Shown here: positions 39,887 through 50,799 of the stretch, piece by piece | Numbering within the stretch: position 1 is the first letter of the stretch | How the letters are laid out: every line of letters starts with the position of its first letter | Assembly: GCA_002189035.1 (NCBI GenBank) | Contig: NEEC01000009.1 | Coordinates: 2,852,001-2,916,000 of the forward strand | Reading direction: 5' to 3' | DNA: 64,000 nucleotides | DNA from: Utricularia gibba | Lineage: Eukaryota; Plantae; Magnoliophyta | The notes under the pieces: generated by a model | Told to the model about the DNA's origin: nothing | Seen by the model: only the letters and a program-made list of their open reading frames with translations | The model's database searches: none | Translations under genes and position numbers: made by a program

Positions 39887-41234
39887 ATGGAGAGGTTCGT
39901 GGGGATTCTGCGGTTCTTGGTTTTATTTTTCTTCGCCGGACGTGGTGGTACGTGGATTCCTCTGTTTTCTTTTGTTTTCTGTCTTTCTTGAAACTCGGTG
40001 ATCAGATACATATGCGCCATGGTTTCTTTTGTTGTTGAGGGCATGGGCATGAATCTTTTAGGTGGGAGATGATCAAAGTCTTAAGCTTGGTGCCTTTTTC
40101 ATCGACTTTCTGATTTTTCGTTTTGTTAATGTGATCTTGCGCTTTTCAGCAATCATGGCATCAGCGTTTACCGGAACATATGGAATCGATTACGGGAGAA
40201 TCGCGAATAACATCCCTTCTCCAAACGAAGTGGTTACGCTCCTAAAAGCTGCTAAAATCAAGAACGTGAGAATCTATGATGCTGATCATAGTGTTCTCAC
40301 TGCATTCAAGGGGTCAGGGCTTGAGTTGGTTATTGGGCTTTCAAACGACCATGTTCAGGAAATGAGCGCCGACGCGCATCATGCAGTGGATTGGGTCAGG
40401 GATAATTTGGTTTCTTTCCTTCCTGATACAAACATTGTTGGTATTGCCGTAGGAAACGAAGTTCTTGGAGGAAGCGACAATGGCCTTGCTGTAGCTCTGT
40501 TAGGTGCTGTGAAGAATATATATAATGCTACCAAGGAGCTTGGGATAAGCAATGAAGTTCAGATTACAACTGCACATTCGCAAGCAGTATTCGCAAATTC
40601 ATTCCCACCTTCTTCATGTATCTTCCAGGAGAGCGTTGCTCACGTAATGAAAGGGTTGCTGGAGTTCTTTTTTGAAATCGGGTCACCTTTCTGTCTAAAT
40701 GCATATCCTTTTTTGGCTTATACATACAACTCTGATGAGATTGATATCAATTATGCTCTGTTTCAGCCAAATGAGGGGATATATGATAAGAAAACTAATC
40801 TACATTATGATAACCTGCTGGATGCTCAGATTGATGCAGCATATGCTGCCTTGGAGGATGCTGGTTTCCCCAAAACAGAAGTCATAATTACAGAGACGGG
40901 GTGGGCTTCTCATGGAGATCCAAGTGAGCCTGCTGCCACCCCTGGCAATGCAAGAACTTACAATTATAACTTAAGGAAAAGGCTTGCCTTAAGGAAAGGA
41001 ACTCCAAGGAGACCAAACCATAGGCTGAAAGCTTACATTTTTGCCTTGTTTAATGAGAACTTAAAACCTGGAGCTGGTTCTGAGAAATACTATGGACTGT
41101 TCAAAGCAGACGGCAGTGTGTCATCCAATATCGGGTTCCCTGGGCTTAAATCTTCCTCTGGTGCTTCTTCATGCAAGGTACTTTTTGCTGTTTTCCTTAT
41201 TCTGTTTTGCATGTTTACTCTCTGTCATTGTTGA
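39887..41234 (+). CDS. Glycoside hydrolase family 17 glucan endo-1,3-beta-glucosidase, signal peptide and probable GPI-anchor tail, 2 exons
   Basis: Exon 1 (39887-39947) encodes a hydrophobic signal, intron to 40149, then GIDYGRIANN, IAVGNE, ITETGW and YIFALFNENLKPG, with a hydrophobic C-terminus. Confidence 0.92.
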
Positions 41235-41525
41235 TTATAAACTGCTTCTCATGCCATGTAGCAAGTCAAAAAAATGTGTGGCACAACAACTAATCTATAT
41301 TGTATGCGTTATGCAGGAGCTGATTGTTCTGCTGTCATTCTTAGTTTCATTTCTTCACTTGCTCTTGGGATGTCCATAGTTTTCAAATAAACTGGATGTA
41401 TCTCATGGTATGATTATGATTAAGCCGATAGTTACAGAATCATTTATTCTTCTCCAATCCTCAGGACATTTTGTCTCAAAGCCACAAGATATTAGCAAGA
41501 TAACTTTTAATGTGATCCACAAAAC

Positions 41526-43217
41526 TTACAGTAATGGATGGTAGTAATTCCCTGGCTGCTCCAATCCAGTGTATTGTGACAGGCCATGAGGAAAACCAGC
41601 ACCATGGTAACTTACTGGTGAGCCATTAATTTTGGCAAAGCCCATTTCTCCTGGCATTCCATTGTTGGCATACTGCTGCCAGAGGATTTGCTCCTGTGTC
41701 AGCAGCTGTTGCTTCCTCTCCATGTCTGCTATTTGCACATATGCTGGTGGAGGCACCACAAGAGATGCTGCGAATGGATCGACAGGTGGTGCCGATCCAT
41801 CCGGTGCCGGCAAGAGGAGTTGCTTATTCTGTGTGGATACAGGCAATGCCACACTGCTTGCACTTCCATTGCTTAGATGAGAGTTGTTTATGTGTTGTGT
41901 GGCAGTTCCCTGATCGTAAATGCCGTTCAGTAGTAACATGTCAAAGCCACCGGTGAACTCAGCCTTGTGACTGGATAAACTGCTGGTGCAATCAACCAGA
42001 AGAAGCTCCCAATTGGCTTTGTCACCTTCTGAAGCAGGATCTTTCCAAGCTGAGGTTGCTTCAGGCTCCGAGAAATCAATCCATTCGTTGTTTTTGGTAG
42101 CAGAACCAGGAGACGAGAACAGAGCCAATGCCATTTTGTTGCTCTCTTCTAGTGCTGATTCTGCACCATTTTTTAGATCAACCAAATCCTCTGTAACTTG
42201 ATGGCTAGTACTCTTCTGTGGAGGCTGTGAAATTGTCTCCTGAATCAGATTCTCCGGCGGGGGAAGAGCTCGAACTTCATTCAAGCTCTGTTCTTTCTGG
42301 CTACCCGTTTCTCTTCTCTTGTCCCTCAAGAGAGCTTCAAGATTCCCCAGGAGCTCGTCAGTGATTCTCTCAACTTCCGGGAAGTCAGAAGGCCTCAAGA
42401 GTCCTATTCCCTTGCACCAGCAATATAACTTCATGAGATCTCCGACGATCTTCGCCGCATCGACGTACGCATCGAAAGCGTTGGCACAAGAAGGATAATC
42501 CATCTCTGAGAAGGAATCCAACCAGCTTTCTAGCACGGCGGATACATCACTATACAATCTGAAACTATCCTTCACCAGCAACTCCATGGCAACCAGCACC
42601 AGCTGGGAGTTTTCCGCAGCGCCGGTAGGCTTCGAGTCCAGGAGACGAGCAAGAAGGTGAAGCCACCGGTTTAATCTTCCCAAAACTCTGTCTGGCTGCA
42701 TCCTCCAATTCACAGCAGCATCATCTCTTGAATCCTTGTTCTCATTGTTGGCTTGGACCATGAACTCGAGCTTACGATCCAAATACTCTGAATATCTTCT
42801 CACGAAGCGCGAATGATCCCAGGAATTCAAATGGGCGTCGTCTCGGAAACCCGACATGTCCAGAATCCTCACCCCTTTCCCATTCGAAACCATCAGATGC
42901 TGTGCGAACAGAGTCTCCCCTTCGCTCAGCAACTGATGAACAAGCATCAAAGCTTTCAGAGCCACCACCCAATCGTGGGTTCGATTCAGTCTTTTCCAAA
43001 CGGCGGACACCGCCACTTGCACATACGCATCGGAATTCCAGAGCATGTTGAGTATCTGCTTCACATACTTACCATCTGCAGGCTCCCCATCATGGCTCGT
43101 GGCCTTCAGAACCAAGACTTCGAGATCAGGGGCAGCACTCCCAGCAACCTTCGCCAAGCGTATGCTCGTTTGATCCTTCACCAACCCGATTGCCTTCCTG
43201 ATGCTCCTGGTCGCCAT
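41526..43217 (-). CDS. ANTH-domain clathrin assembly protein (AP180/PICALM family), intronless
   Basis: MATRSIRKAIGLVKDQTSI, VLKATSHD, DWVVALKALMLVHQLL, DPFAASL and QMADMERKQQLL-like motifs in a 563-aa frame. Confidence 0.93.
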   Translation of the reverse strand: MATRSIRKAIGLVKDQTSIRLAKVAGSAAPDLEVLVLKATSHDGEPADGKYVKQILNMLWNSDAYVQVAVSAVWKRLNRTHDWVVALKALMLVHQLLSEGETLFAQHLMVSNGKGVRILDMSGFRDDAHLNSWDHSRFVRRYSEYLDRKLEFMVQANNENKDSRDDAAVNWRMQPDRVLGRLNRWLHLLARLLDSKPTGAAENSQLVLVAMELLVKDSFRLYSDVSAVLESWLDSFSEMDYPSCANAFDAYVDAAKIVGDLMKLYCWCKGIGLLRPSDFPEVERITDELLGNLEALLRDKRRETGSQKEQSLNEVRALPPPENLIQETISQPPQKSTSHQVTEDLVDLKNGAESALEESNKMALALFSSPGSATKNNEWIDFSEPEATSAWKDPASEGDKANWELLLVDCTSSLSSHKAEFTGGFDMLLLNGIYDQGTATQHINNSHLSNGSASSVALPVSTQNKQLLLPAPDGSAPPVDPFAASLVVPPPAYVQIADMERKQQLLTQEQILWQQYANNGMPGEMGFAKINGSPVSYHGAGFPHGLSQYTGLEQPGNYYHPLL

Positions 43218-43782
43218 CCTCCGAAAACCCACTGTTCAATAAACAACACCCCAGACCATCACTTGACTACAAACTCAATATAAAACCACCATGTTTGAAT
43301 TCAGAGTAACTGACAAACACAGCAAGACCCCTGCTTCCATTACGTAGAGAAAGGGGAGAAGTAACGACTTTTAAGAGTGACAGGAGGAGCAAAGGAAAAC
43401 TACACAGGAGAAGCAAGAACGCGTGAGGACTTTGTTGAGTCTGCGAGAAAATCTTTTCTTTCTCCATAAGGTATGGTTTTTCCAACTTTTGACTAAGACG
43501 CTGATTTGCCCTGCTTTAAACACACGGTTTAGTCATTAATTAAGAACAATTATCACCACATTAAGTAGCCATAGATGTAATTAAATACTGCAAATAACCG
43601 CAATTGGAAGGAATCCAGCTACCAACATTAAAAAAACATTCATCATGTCCTGCATGTGAGGATAAGTTGCTGTTGATGATTGATGCATGGGCTGGGCTGG
43701 CTGTGTTCCTGTTTTGTTGCTTCCCTTTTCCATAAAGCTGCTCCATGGTTCCATCCATCTATCCATCAGGCATCCTGTACAA

Positions 43783-43808
43783 GGAACTGGGAACTGGGAA
43801 CTGGGAAC
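43783..43808 (+). repeat. 7-bp tandem repeat (GGGAACT) x ~3.7, G-quadruplex-like
   Basis: ggaactgggaactgggaactgggaac seen directly. Confidence 0.8.
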
Positions 43809-43940
43809 ACACCCACACAAACCCTGCAAAAGTGGCCCATCTCATTCTCCCCCCTTTCTCTAATTTCGCCTTCCTCCTCCTCCTCCTCCTCCTCTCTCGC
43901 TCTCTGCTGTGCAGCACCGCTCCCCCGGATTCGCAAGTTC

Positions 43941-44024
43941 CTTCATGCTTTTCCACAGCTTTCTTGAACTTACTCCTGCCTTCTCCAGATGTCAGTTCAA
44001 GGACGCTGCGGGAAAATTTGATGT
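43941..44024 (+). ncRNA. MIR396: MIR396 precursor (miR396b-type mature)
   Basis: Mature UUCCACAGCUUUCUUGAACUU at 43951-43971. Star GUUCAAGGACGCUGCGGGAAA at 43995-44015 pairs with 2 mismatches, 2 G:U and a 2-nt 3' overhang. The loop is 23 nt. Confidence 0.93.
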
Positions 44025-45341
44025 ATCTGAACTTCCAATCCCCAAGGTAACGCTTCTCACCAACTTCACTTCCCCCACCTGGTTGTCTGGATTTTCTTTC
44101 TCGTACGGATCCAAGGAGACAAAAAAAAAAGTTACCTTTCACCTGTTTAGTGCAAGTTACCTTGGATTTGGAGTGTTTTTGTTCTTCAAATTGGATCAAA
44201 AGTAGGTTAAAAACCTCTTTTTACCTACTGTCATCTTGCTCTTCAGGCTCCACTTTGCATTCTTATCAACTCCTGTGTTTTGGGCTTAGTGGGCCCCTTG
44301 CATCATTTTCACTGTCCAAAATCATATGAAATAAATTAACTACTTTTGTAAATGATCTCATATTACTCTAATGGCATTGGCATTGGCATAGGCATAGGCA
44401 TAGTACCATTTTACATTCCACAGGGGCACCACATCTCCTTGGTACTTGACTTAGGAGGTCCATGCTTCCATATTTTTATAAATCCTAACAATAGATTTTC
44501 AAAACATGCGTGATTCGTAAAACATTTGTATAATCTATGCAAAAAACATCTTTCAAAACTATTAACGTCTCTTAATCAAACGAGTTTTATATTTCAACTA
44601 TTCTAAACTCATATATCAAACACAATATCATTTTAATATATGCTCCTAAAATCCATTCATACAAATAACTTAAATATATTATTAATTAAATTAATGAATC
44701 CAAAAAATGAGGGAGATAGATAAAATTATATATGATAATTGCGTACGTGTGCAGGGCAAATGAAAGGATTGATTCAGATGTCAGAGAAGATTCCCTGCCC
44801 TTGTTTCCTCTTTGTCATAACTGAATTCACCTTTTTTATTTATTATTTTACATTTATCCTCATCAATGTCAAAATATTACAATAAAACTTATTTAATTTT
44901 CATTATATACAAAAAACAAACAATTGAACCATTATAATTTATTTATAAACTATGTTATTAATTAAATGTATTATTTATGTTTCATGATTATCGTATTGAC
45001 ATAATAACATATTATCATATCAATCCACATGCACCATAGGGTTAAACATGTAAAATAAAAAATATTTAAAAGGTTAGTTTACTGTTTAAACATTAATGTG
45101 TTTGATAATAATATATGTTTGATAAACTAGTTTAACAATACACAAATATTTTACAAAACTACTATAAAATACTCCCTCTGAATTAGGTATTTCAAGATTT
45201 ACATTTTATGTGAGTTCTAAACAATTCAATTTATAAGGTTTTTTTTAAAATACATCTCCCAAACATAATATTATTTTAAAAACATGTATTTAAAACCTAT
45301 GTACCAAACAAACTTTCATGTTAATTACATATATAAGCCGA

Positions 45342-45450
45342 GGCCCAAATATATTAGTCTACAGCCCAGGCCCATGGTCCAATCGAGAAACGGAAAACGT
45401 TTAAGGCTTCGGTTGGGTTCATATGGGCCGAGCCGGGGGTGGGCCCCCAC
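45342..45450. promoter_or_regulatory. Cluster of five site II (TGGGCY) elements including a TCP-type GTGGGCCCCCAC
   Basis: GGCCCA 45342, AGCCCA 45363, GGCCCA 45369, TGGGCC 45424 and TGGGCC 45440; telo-box-like AACCCTAAT at 45776. Confidence 0.5.
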
Positions 45451-46051
45451 ATTTGATTCAGAAGTATTTTTTTTAAAAAAATTAAATACGTGTATACAAC
45501 TTTCTAAATTTGTTCTGGTAATCGAATGCTTACTGACAACTCTTGCTCCTATATTTACGTGTTGAATGTTTCCAATATTGGAAACCATTTCCATTTCTGG
45601 TCTTGCAGGCGACAATTTATTTTATTTATCTATTAATTAGTATTATTTTTTGAAGGCTTTCGATAATTAGACTGCTGTAACTATGCGTAGAGTACGATTA
45701 ACTGCCATTTTCAGTAAGTTAATTGTCCTTTAATTCTCTCACGTTCCATCAGCGATTTCCTTCCCTGGAATTCCGAACCCTAATCAATTTGATTAATAAA
45801 ATATATTCCAGAAAAAAATAAAATTTAAATTTTGTGACAAAAATAAAGGAATATATTATTAATAGTGGGGATGAACCGGACAAATAAAAGAGCAGGATTT
45901 GAGGGTAAATTGGAAAAAAAGACAATTTTACAATTAGGGCTTCCATGTTTTACAGTTGTTGCCACGAGAGTCGCCTACTTTTGGGAGCATGTGGGTTTTC
46001 CAATATTGGGCAAGCACTTGTCTCAATGGAAACCCTTTTCTCTGGTTCCTT

Positions 46052-46071
46052 GGGGGGGGGGGGGGGGGGGG
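46052..46071. repeat. G20 homopolymer
   Basis: 20 consecutive G counted in the sequence. Confidence 0.85.
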
Positions 46072-46429
46072 AATGTTTGGGAACCTGATTTTCCAGAAAA
46101 GTTTCTAAAATGTCAAATACCAACTCAAGATTATTAGGTCTAGCATGCCGCCAAGTGCCAATGGAGCACGGGTAGGATTCCCTTTTGTGTTGGCAGCTAT
46201 TGATGCTTGACTGGTTCAACCAGCGCCCCACAATTGGGAGGCGAAGATTCCAAGAACCCCCTGCTCATCTTCTCCTGCTCCCCTTTGGGAAAATAATCCA
46301 ATGCTTCTGGTCCTTCATAAAGTGTGATATAATGTCGCGTAAAGCCCTAAAGTGGGTGCCTTCTGAATTCCTTAGCAACTCAGATCCGATCTGGGTTTAT
46401 GGGTAGAGGACGTGGTATTTATTTGTTCT

Positions 46430-46540
46430 GTCCTGACAGAAGAGAGTGAGCGCTCGCCGGGTGCAATTGGGTACCGAATGAAGGAGAATGTTGTGGTGCC
46501 TTTGCGTGTTTGCGTGCGCTCACTTCTCTTGCTGTCGGGC
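46430..46540 (+). ncRNA. MIR156: MIR156 precursor copy 1, variant mature UGACAGAAGAGAGUGAGCGC
   Basis: Mature at 46434-46453; 3' arm GCGCUCACUUCUCUUGCUGUCGG (~46516-46538) pairs all 20 nt with two 1-nt bulges. Confidence 0.9.
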
Positions 46541-49041
46541 GGGTGATGACGTTCATTCATCTCTCTGATTTCCCTCACCTTCACTCTCTCGCTTCTCAGA
46601 TCTTGCTTCCCATATTTCTTGATTAATGAAAAGGTTGTAACTTGCACAGCAGCCGCCGCCGCACTGTCAAAGACGAGAGATTATTTTTAGGTTTCTGCCG
46701 CACGCAAAGAACACACTTTTCTGTACGATTGCCTAGAATGATTTCAGCCCCTTCCCTTCCTTTAATTCTTCTTCTGTTTATCCTTTCGTTATTCTTTTTC
46801 TCTAATATAGCTACAGCAAGTAGCAAGTAACCTGTTTTAGCCCCCTGAGGAGATGATTCCCTTCGGCTGAGAAGACGATCTTCGCTTTTATTTCACTTTT
46901 TAACCATCCATTAGTGCCTCTTTTCTGTATCCACTTACCTTTAGAAGCATGATTTGAAATTTTTTTTTTGTTGAGTGGGTTGAATTCGCCTTAGGATATG
47001 AGTAAAAATAGCTGTGATTATGAGAAATAATGAGCCCGTAGACGATGGTTATGAGGTTTTTATGCTACGGTAACTTATATTGTGATGATCTGGATGCCAA
47101 GCTTAGGTTTATTTGATGAATCTTCTTTCGTTGGAGAGTTGAGGTATCAATTGTATTGTTTGTGCAGAAGCAGTCGATGTGGATTTCTTTACCCGTGTTG
47201 TAATATACTGTGGCATATTATGGGAGTTAGATATTGGTCTAATGTAAGAGCCACACGTGTGAAGTTTATGGTAAGAACAACCTCCACTGTGTCCATTGCT
47301 GTAGAGCTTTGCAGCGGCTCCGTGTGTGGAGGCCTCCCTTGCTGATTGTCTTTCATTAGCCACTTTCTCCAGGTAGTGCCTTTTAACTTGGAGCTTTCAT
47401 GTTGAATTCCTTGGAATATGCGGCAACTGTTTTGATTTCACCATGGCAGTGTCCTATTGTGCTGTGAACATGAAAGCTTACCAAAAGAATGGCTTGCATC
47501 GCAATCTCCTTCTTGAATGCAGAGTGAAGCTTTCAACAAAAAGAAGGGTTCAAGCTTTGACTGAACCTCAGCTCTTCTCCATTCCCATCACCTAATAGTT
47601 GATTCATCGACCACAGGAAGCAGCTACCAAGTTACAGTTTCCATGCAGGATGCCGGTCGCCACAGTGGCCATGTGCTTGCAACATCTCGATTTGTTCTGT
47701 TGTATCCTGAAGAAGAACTGGAAGATTATGTTAGTTTAACAGTCTCTCTGATGCCTCTTGCAAGACAAATGGCGTTTTTACCACTTTCTGTACATGCAGC
47801 GTTTACTGGCAGCAAAAACACCATGCCCCTTTCTCCACGGCCATGATTTACTCCAGGAACATCCCTGCGTGAATCCCAGGCTCCAGAACCAGTAGGGCTA
47901 CTGCACACAAGCCTAATCCTTATGCCTTCAGGACGCTCTTTCTTTCTGTTCAGTCACTTCATGGTGTACTTTGAATTGCAGATCACGTCCAGTGGGCCAG
48001 ATTTGGGTCACCAGTGGAGGGTTTGCCGACCCTTGGCCCAAGAACCCAGTACTGGCGGCCCGATCTCCGTACCCTGCCTCAAAACACGTTTTCTAAATAC
48101 AAATATATTTAAATTATATTAATAATATAACATATAACTTATAAATTTATAAAATATGCCATTTACTTATATAAATCGATCATATTAAAAATACAAATCA
48201 ATACTATAAGAATTATTCTTAATTCTTATAAACATATATGAGTTGTAATACTTGAAAATAGTTTGGGTTTAATTTCTTTGAATTTTTATTTTCATTGGAG
48301 CAACGGAATCCGACGCAAATATTCTTCAAGGCATGTGAACTAAAGACCGCCACGTGGGCACTAATTTGTAGTACACAAATATATTCGGAAAATAGAAAAT
48401 CAGAAAAAGCGTGTTACTCTTAAAACTGCGATTAAACTTTCTTGAGAATGGCGTGTTTGACTCGCAAGCATTTTCTTTTTCTGATTTTAAATATTAAACA
48501 AAAAGGCTGACAACAATTTAAACCGGAAATGACGTTTGACAAGACAACCCCCACGGTTGTCGGCAACGTGGGCCCCCTTCAAATATTATCAACCCATTTG
48601 CTTCTTTTTTTTTGTTTAAATTCCTTTGGATTAGAATTTTGACTTGGTCCAATCGTTTCTTAATTATTTTGACGTCATAAAAATATTCTCTAAAACAACA
48701 CTATAAAAAATAAATTCTTTTTTAAATACCAAAAATAATAATTTATTTCCCAAAATATTAGTAGATACCTACCCCGTGCATTATTTAAAATATGTTCTAT
48801 TTTTGTTTCCACGCTATTGTACTTTTGTTCGACGTCCTTCAACCCAAGTCTATAGTGAAGATTGTAACGGTGTAGTATGTGAAATGACAATTAAACCCTT
48901 CTCTCGAATCGATTTAAACTGTAATTTATCTAAATATTTCGGAAGTATTTTAATGAAAATTATCTCAATTTGTAATGGTTTCACCGTGATATTTTTTAAA
49001 ATAAAATGGATAAAAAAGCGCACCCTCAAATAAAATAAAAG

Positions 49042-49168
49042 AGGGTATTTGTAAATTAATTTTAAAATTAAGGGTATTTGTAAATTAATTTTAAAACTAA
49101 GGGTATTTGCGTCAGATCAAGTTGGACAGATAGGAGTTGTAAATTAATTAATTTTAAAATTAAGGGTG
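49042..49168. repeat. 29-bp AT-rich tandem repeat (agggtatttgtaaattaattttaaaatta) x ~2.4 plus a displaced partial copy
   Basis: Units start at 49042, 49071 and 49100; a partial copy lies near 49137-49168. Confidence 0.8.
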
Positions 49169-50799
49169 TGGGCGTTCCCACCGTATCATGTCCGCACCTC
49201 CATCGACAGTTGATGATACCAAATAATTACTATTTACAAATTATTATCAATAAAATTAAATAAATAAATTTAAAACATGATGACGACATTCGTGTCCTAT
49301 CGAGACAGCTTAGTTAGAACGTACGTCCAATAACAAATTTAACATCTATTCAATAATAATAAATACTTTATGATATAAATAGATATTTTTAATTTTAATT
49401 TATTTATGATTCGCCACCTCCGACATTTCTCTATTTAGATTATGATACGACATGAGTCAAGGAAACGACCACGTAAGTAAAAGTCGGACAATGTAGTAAT
49501 TATGTTTTTATTATTTAATTATATAATATATTTATAATATATCTATTTTCTGTTAAAAAAAAAAACTTTACTATATCCTTTTCTTTTTAAAATGTATTTT
49601 TCTCAAATTTTATCATATCCTCTTCTTTTTTTTTCTTTTGAATAGCGGTTTTTGTTTTTTTATTTTTATTCACCGCTTTTAAAAATTATAAATCTATTTT
49701 TCAATTACTAAAATGCTATTTAATCATCTACCCAGGCAACAAACTACTACTTTGATGCCTCTAACGAAACACAAATGTTGTCACGTACAGCATATTGTCA
49801 AATGAGAATTTGAACATTTCAATGTACTACAAATTTTGAACGTATATCAATCGATTCATGGAAGCAATTGATCTAAATACGACCACATTCATAGTGTGTT
49901 TGGTTATTACATTCAAATATACAGTGATGATATCTTTATGGATGGAGGATGAAACGTTTCTAAATAGAAGATTTATTCTAATCTTGCATAAACTTATTTT
50001 CACTGTTATGGAGAATGTAAAACCGTAAAAGTTAGATTGGCAAAACGAACAATATTGTATATTAATAACATGATACAATATTAAATAAGCAATGGGTGGA
50101 GTTTGGAGTTACATATCCTAAATTTTCGGGATATCAAATCTAATATCACTTAACACACTTGATATTATGATATATTTATTAAAACACGTTAGCATCATCC
50201 ATGAGCTGGATGCTACGTATTGAAGATGCGCATCACCGGTCCTATGTGCATACAGCCTCTTCAATTGTAAAAAGCTATTTTTTATGGAAATATAATAAGA
50301 ATTGAAAAAATCAATTTTGATTTTAATTTTAATTTTTTTTGGGTGCGCACTGTTGAGGGTTGATAAGACATGTCGAATGTCAGTAGAAGAACTTCAAATC
50401 ATTTGACTGACTGTCAGTTATGTCCGTCAACCGCACTTATTTCCTTCTCTTCTTTTCATACCCCCAAATCTTTTACATTATTTCACTCTCACTCACTCCA
50501 GGCAGTAAATTATATGTAATAATTGTTTTTTTATTTATTTCCAGGCAGTGAAAATAGGGTTTAGTTATGTGGTAAAAAAATGGGGTAAATAGGGTTGGGG
50601 TGAGAATGGGTCCAAAAAAGAGATAAGATAAGGTTGTTTGGGGTATAAAATAAAGATGGTAAATTAGTTGTGTACAGGAATGAATGATATTTATTTTGAA
50701 TATAAAAAAAATAATACTAAAAGGAAAAGGAAAATTACAAGGGAGGGAGCGACAGTGCAATCCATCGCCCTTCCCCTTTTTCATCCTGGAAACCGAAGC

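Noticed and set aside
43745-44205. ORFs of 98-146 aa on both strands around 43.7-44.2 kb
   Set aside because: They have no recognisable domain and overlap a CT-rich leader and the MIR396 hairpin.
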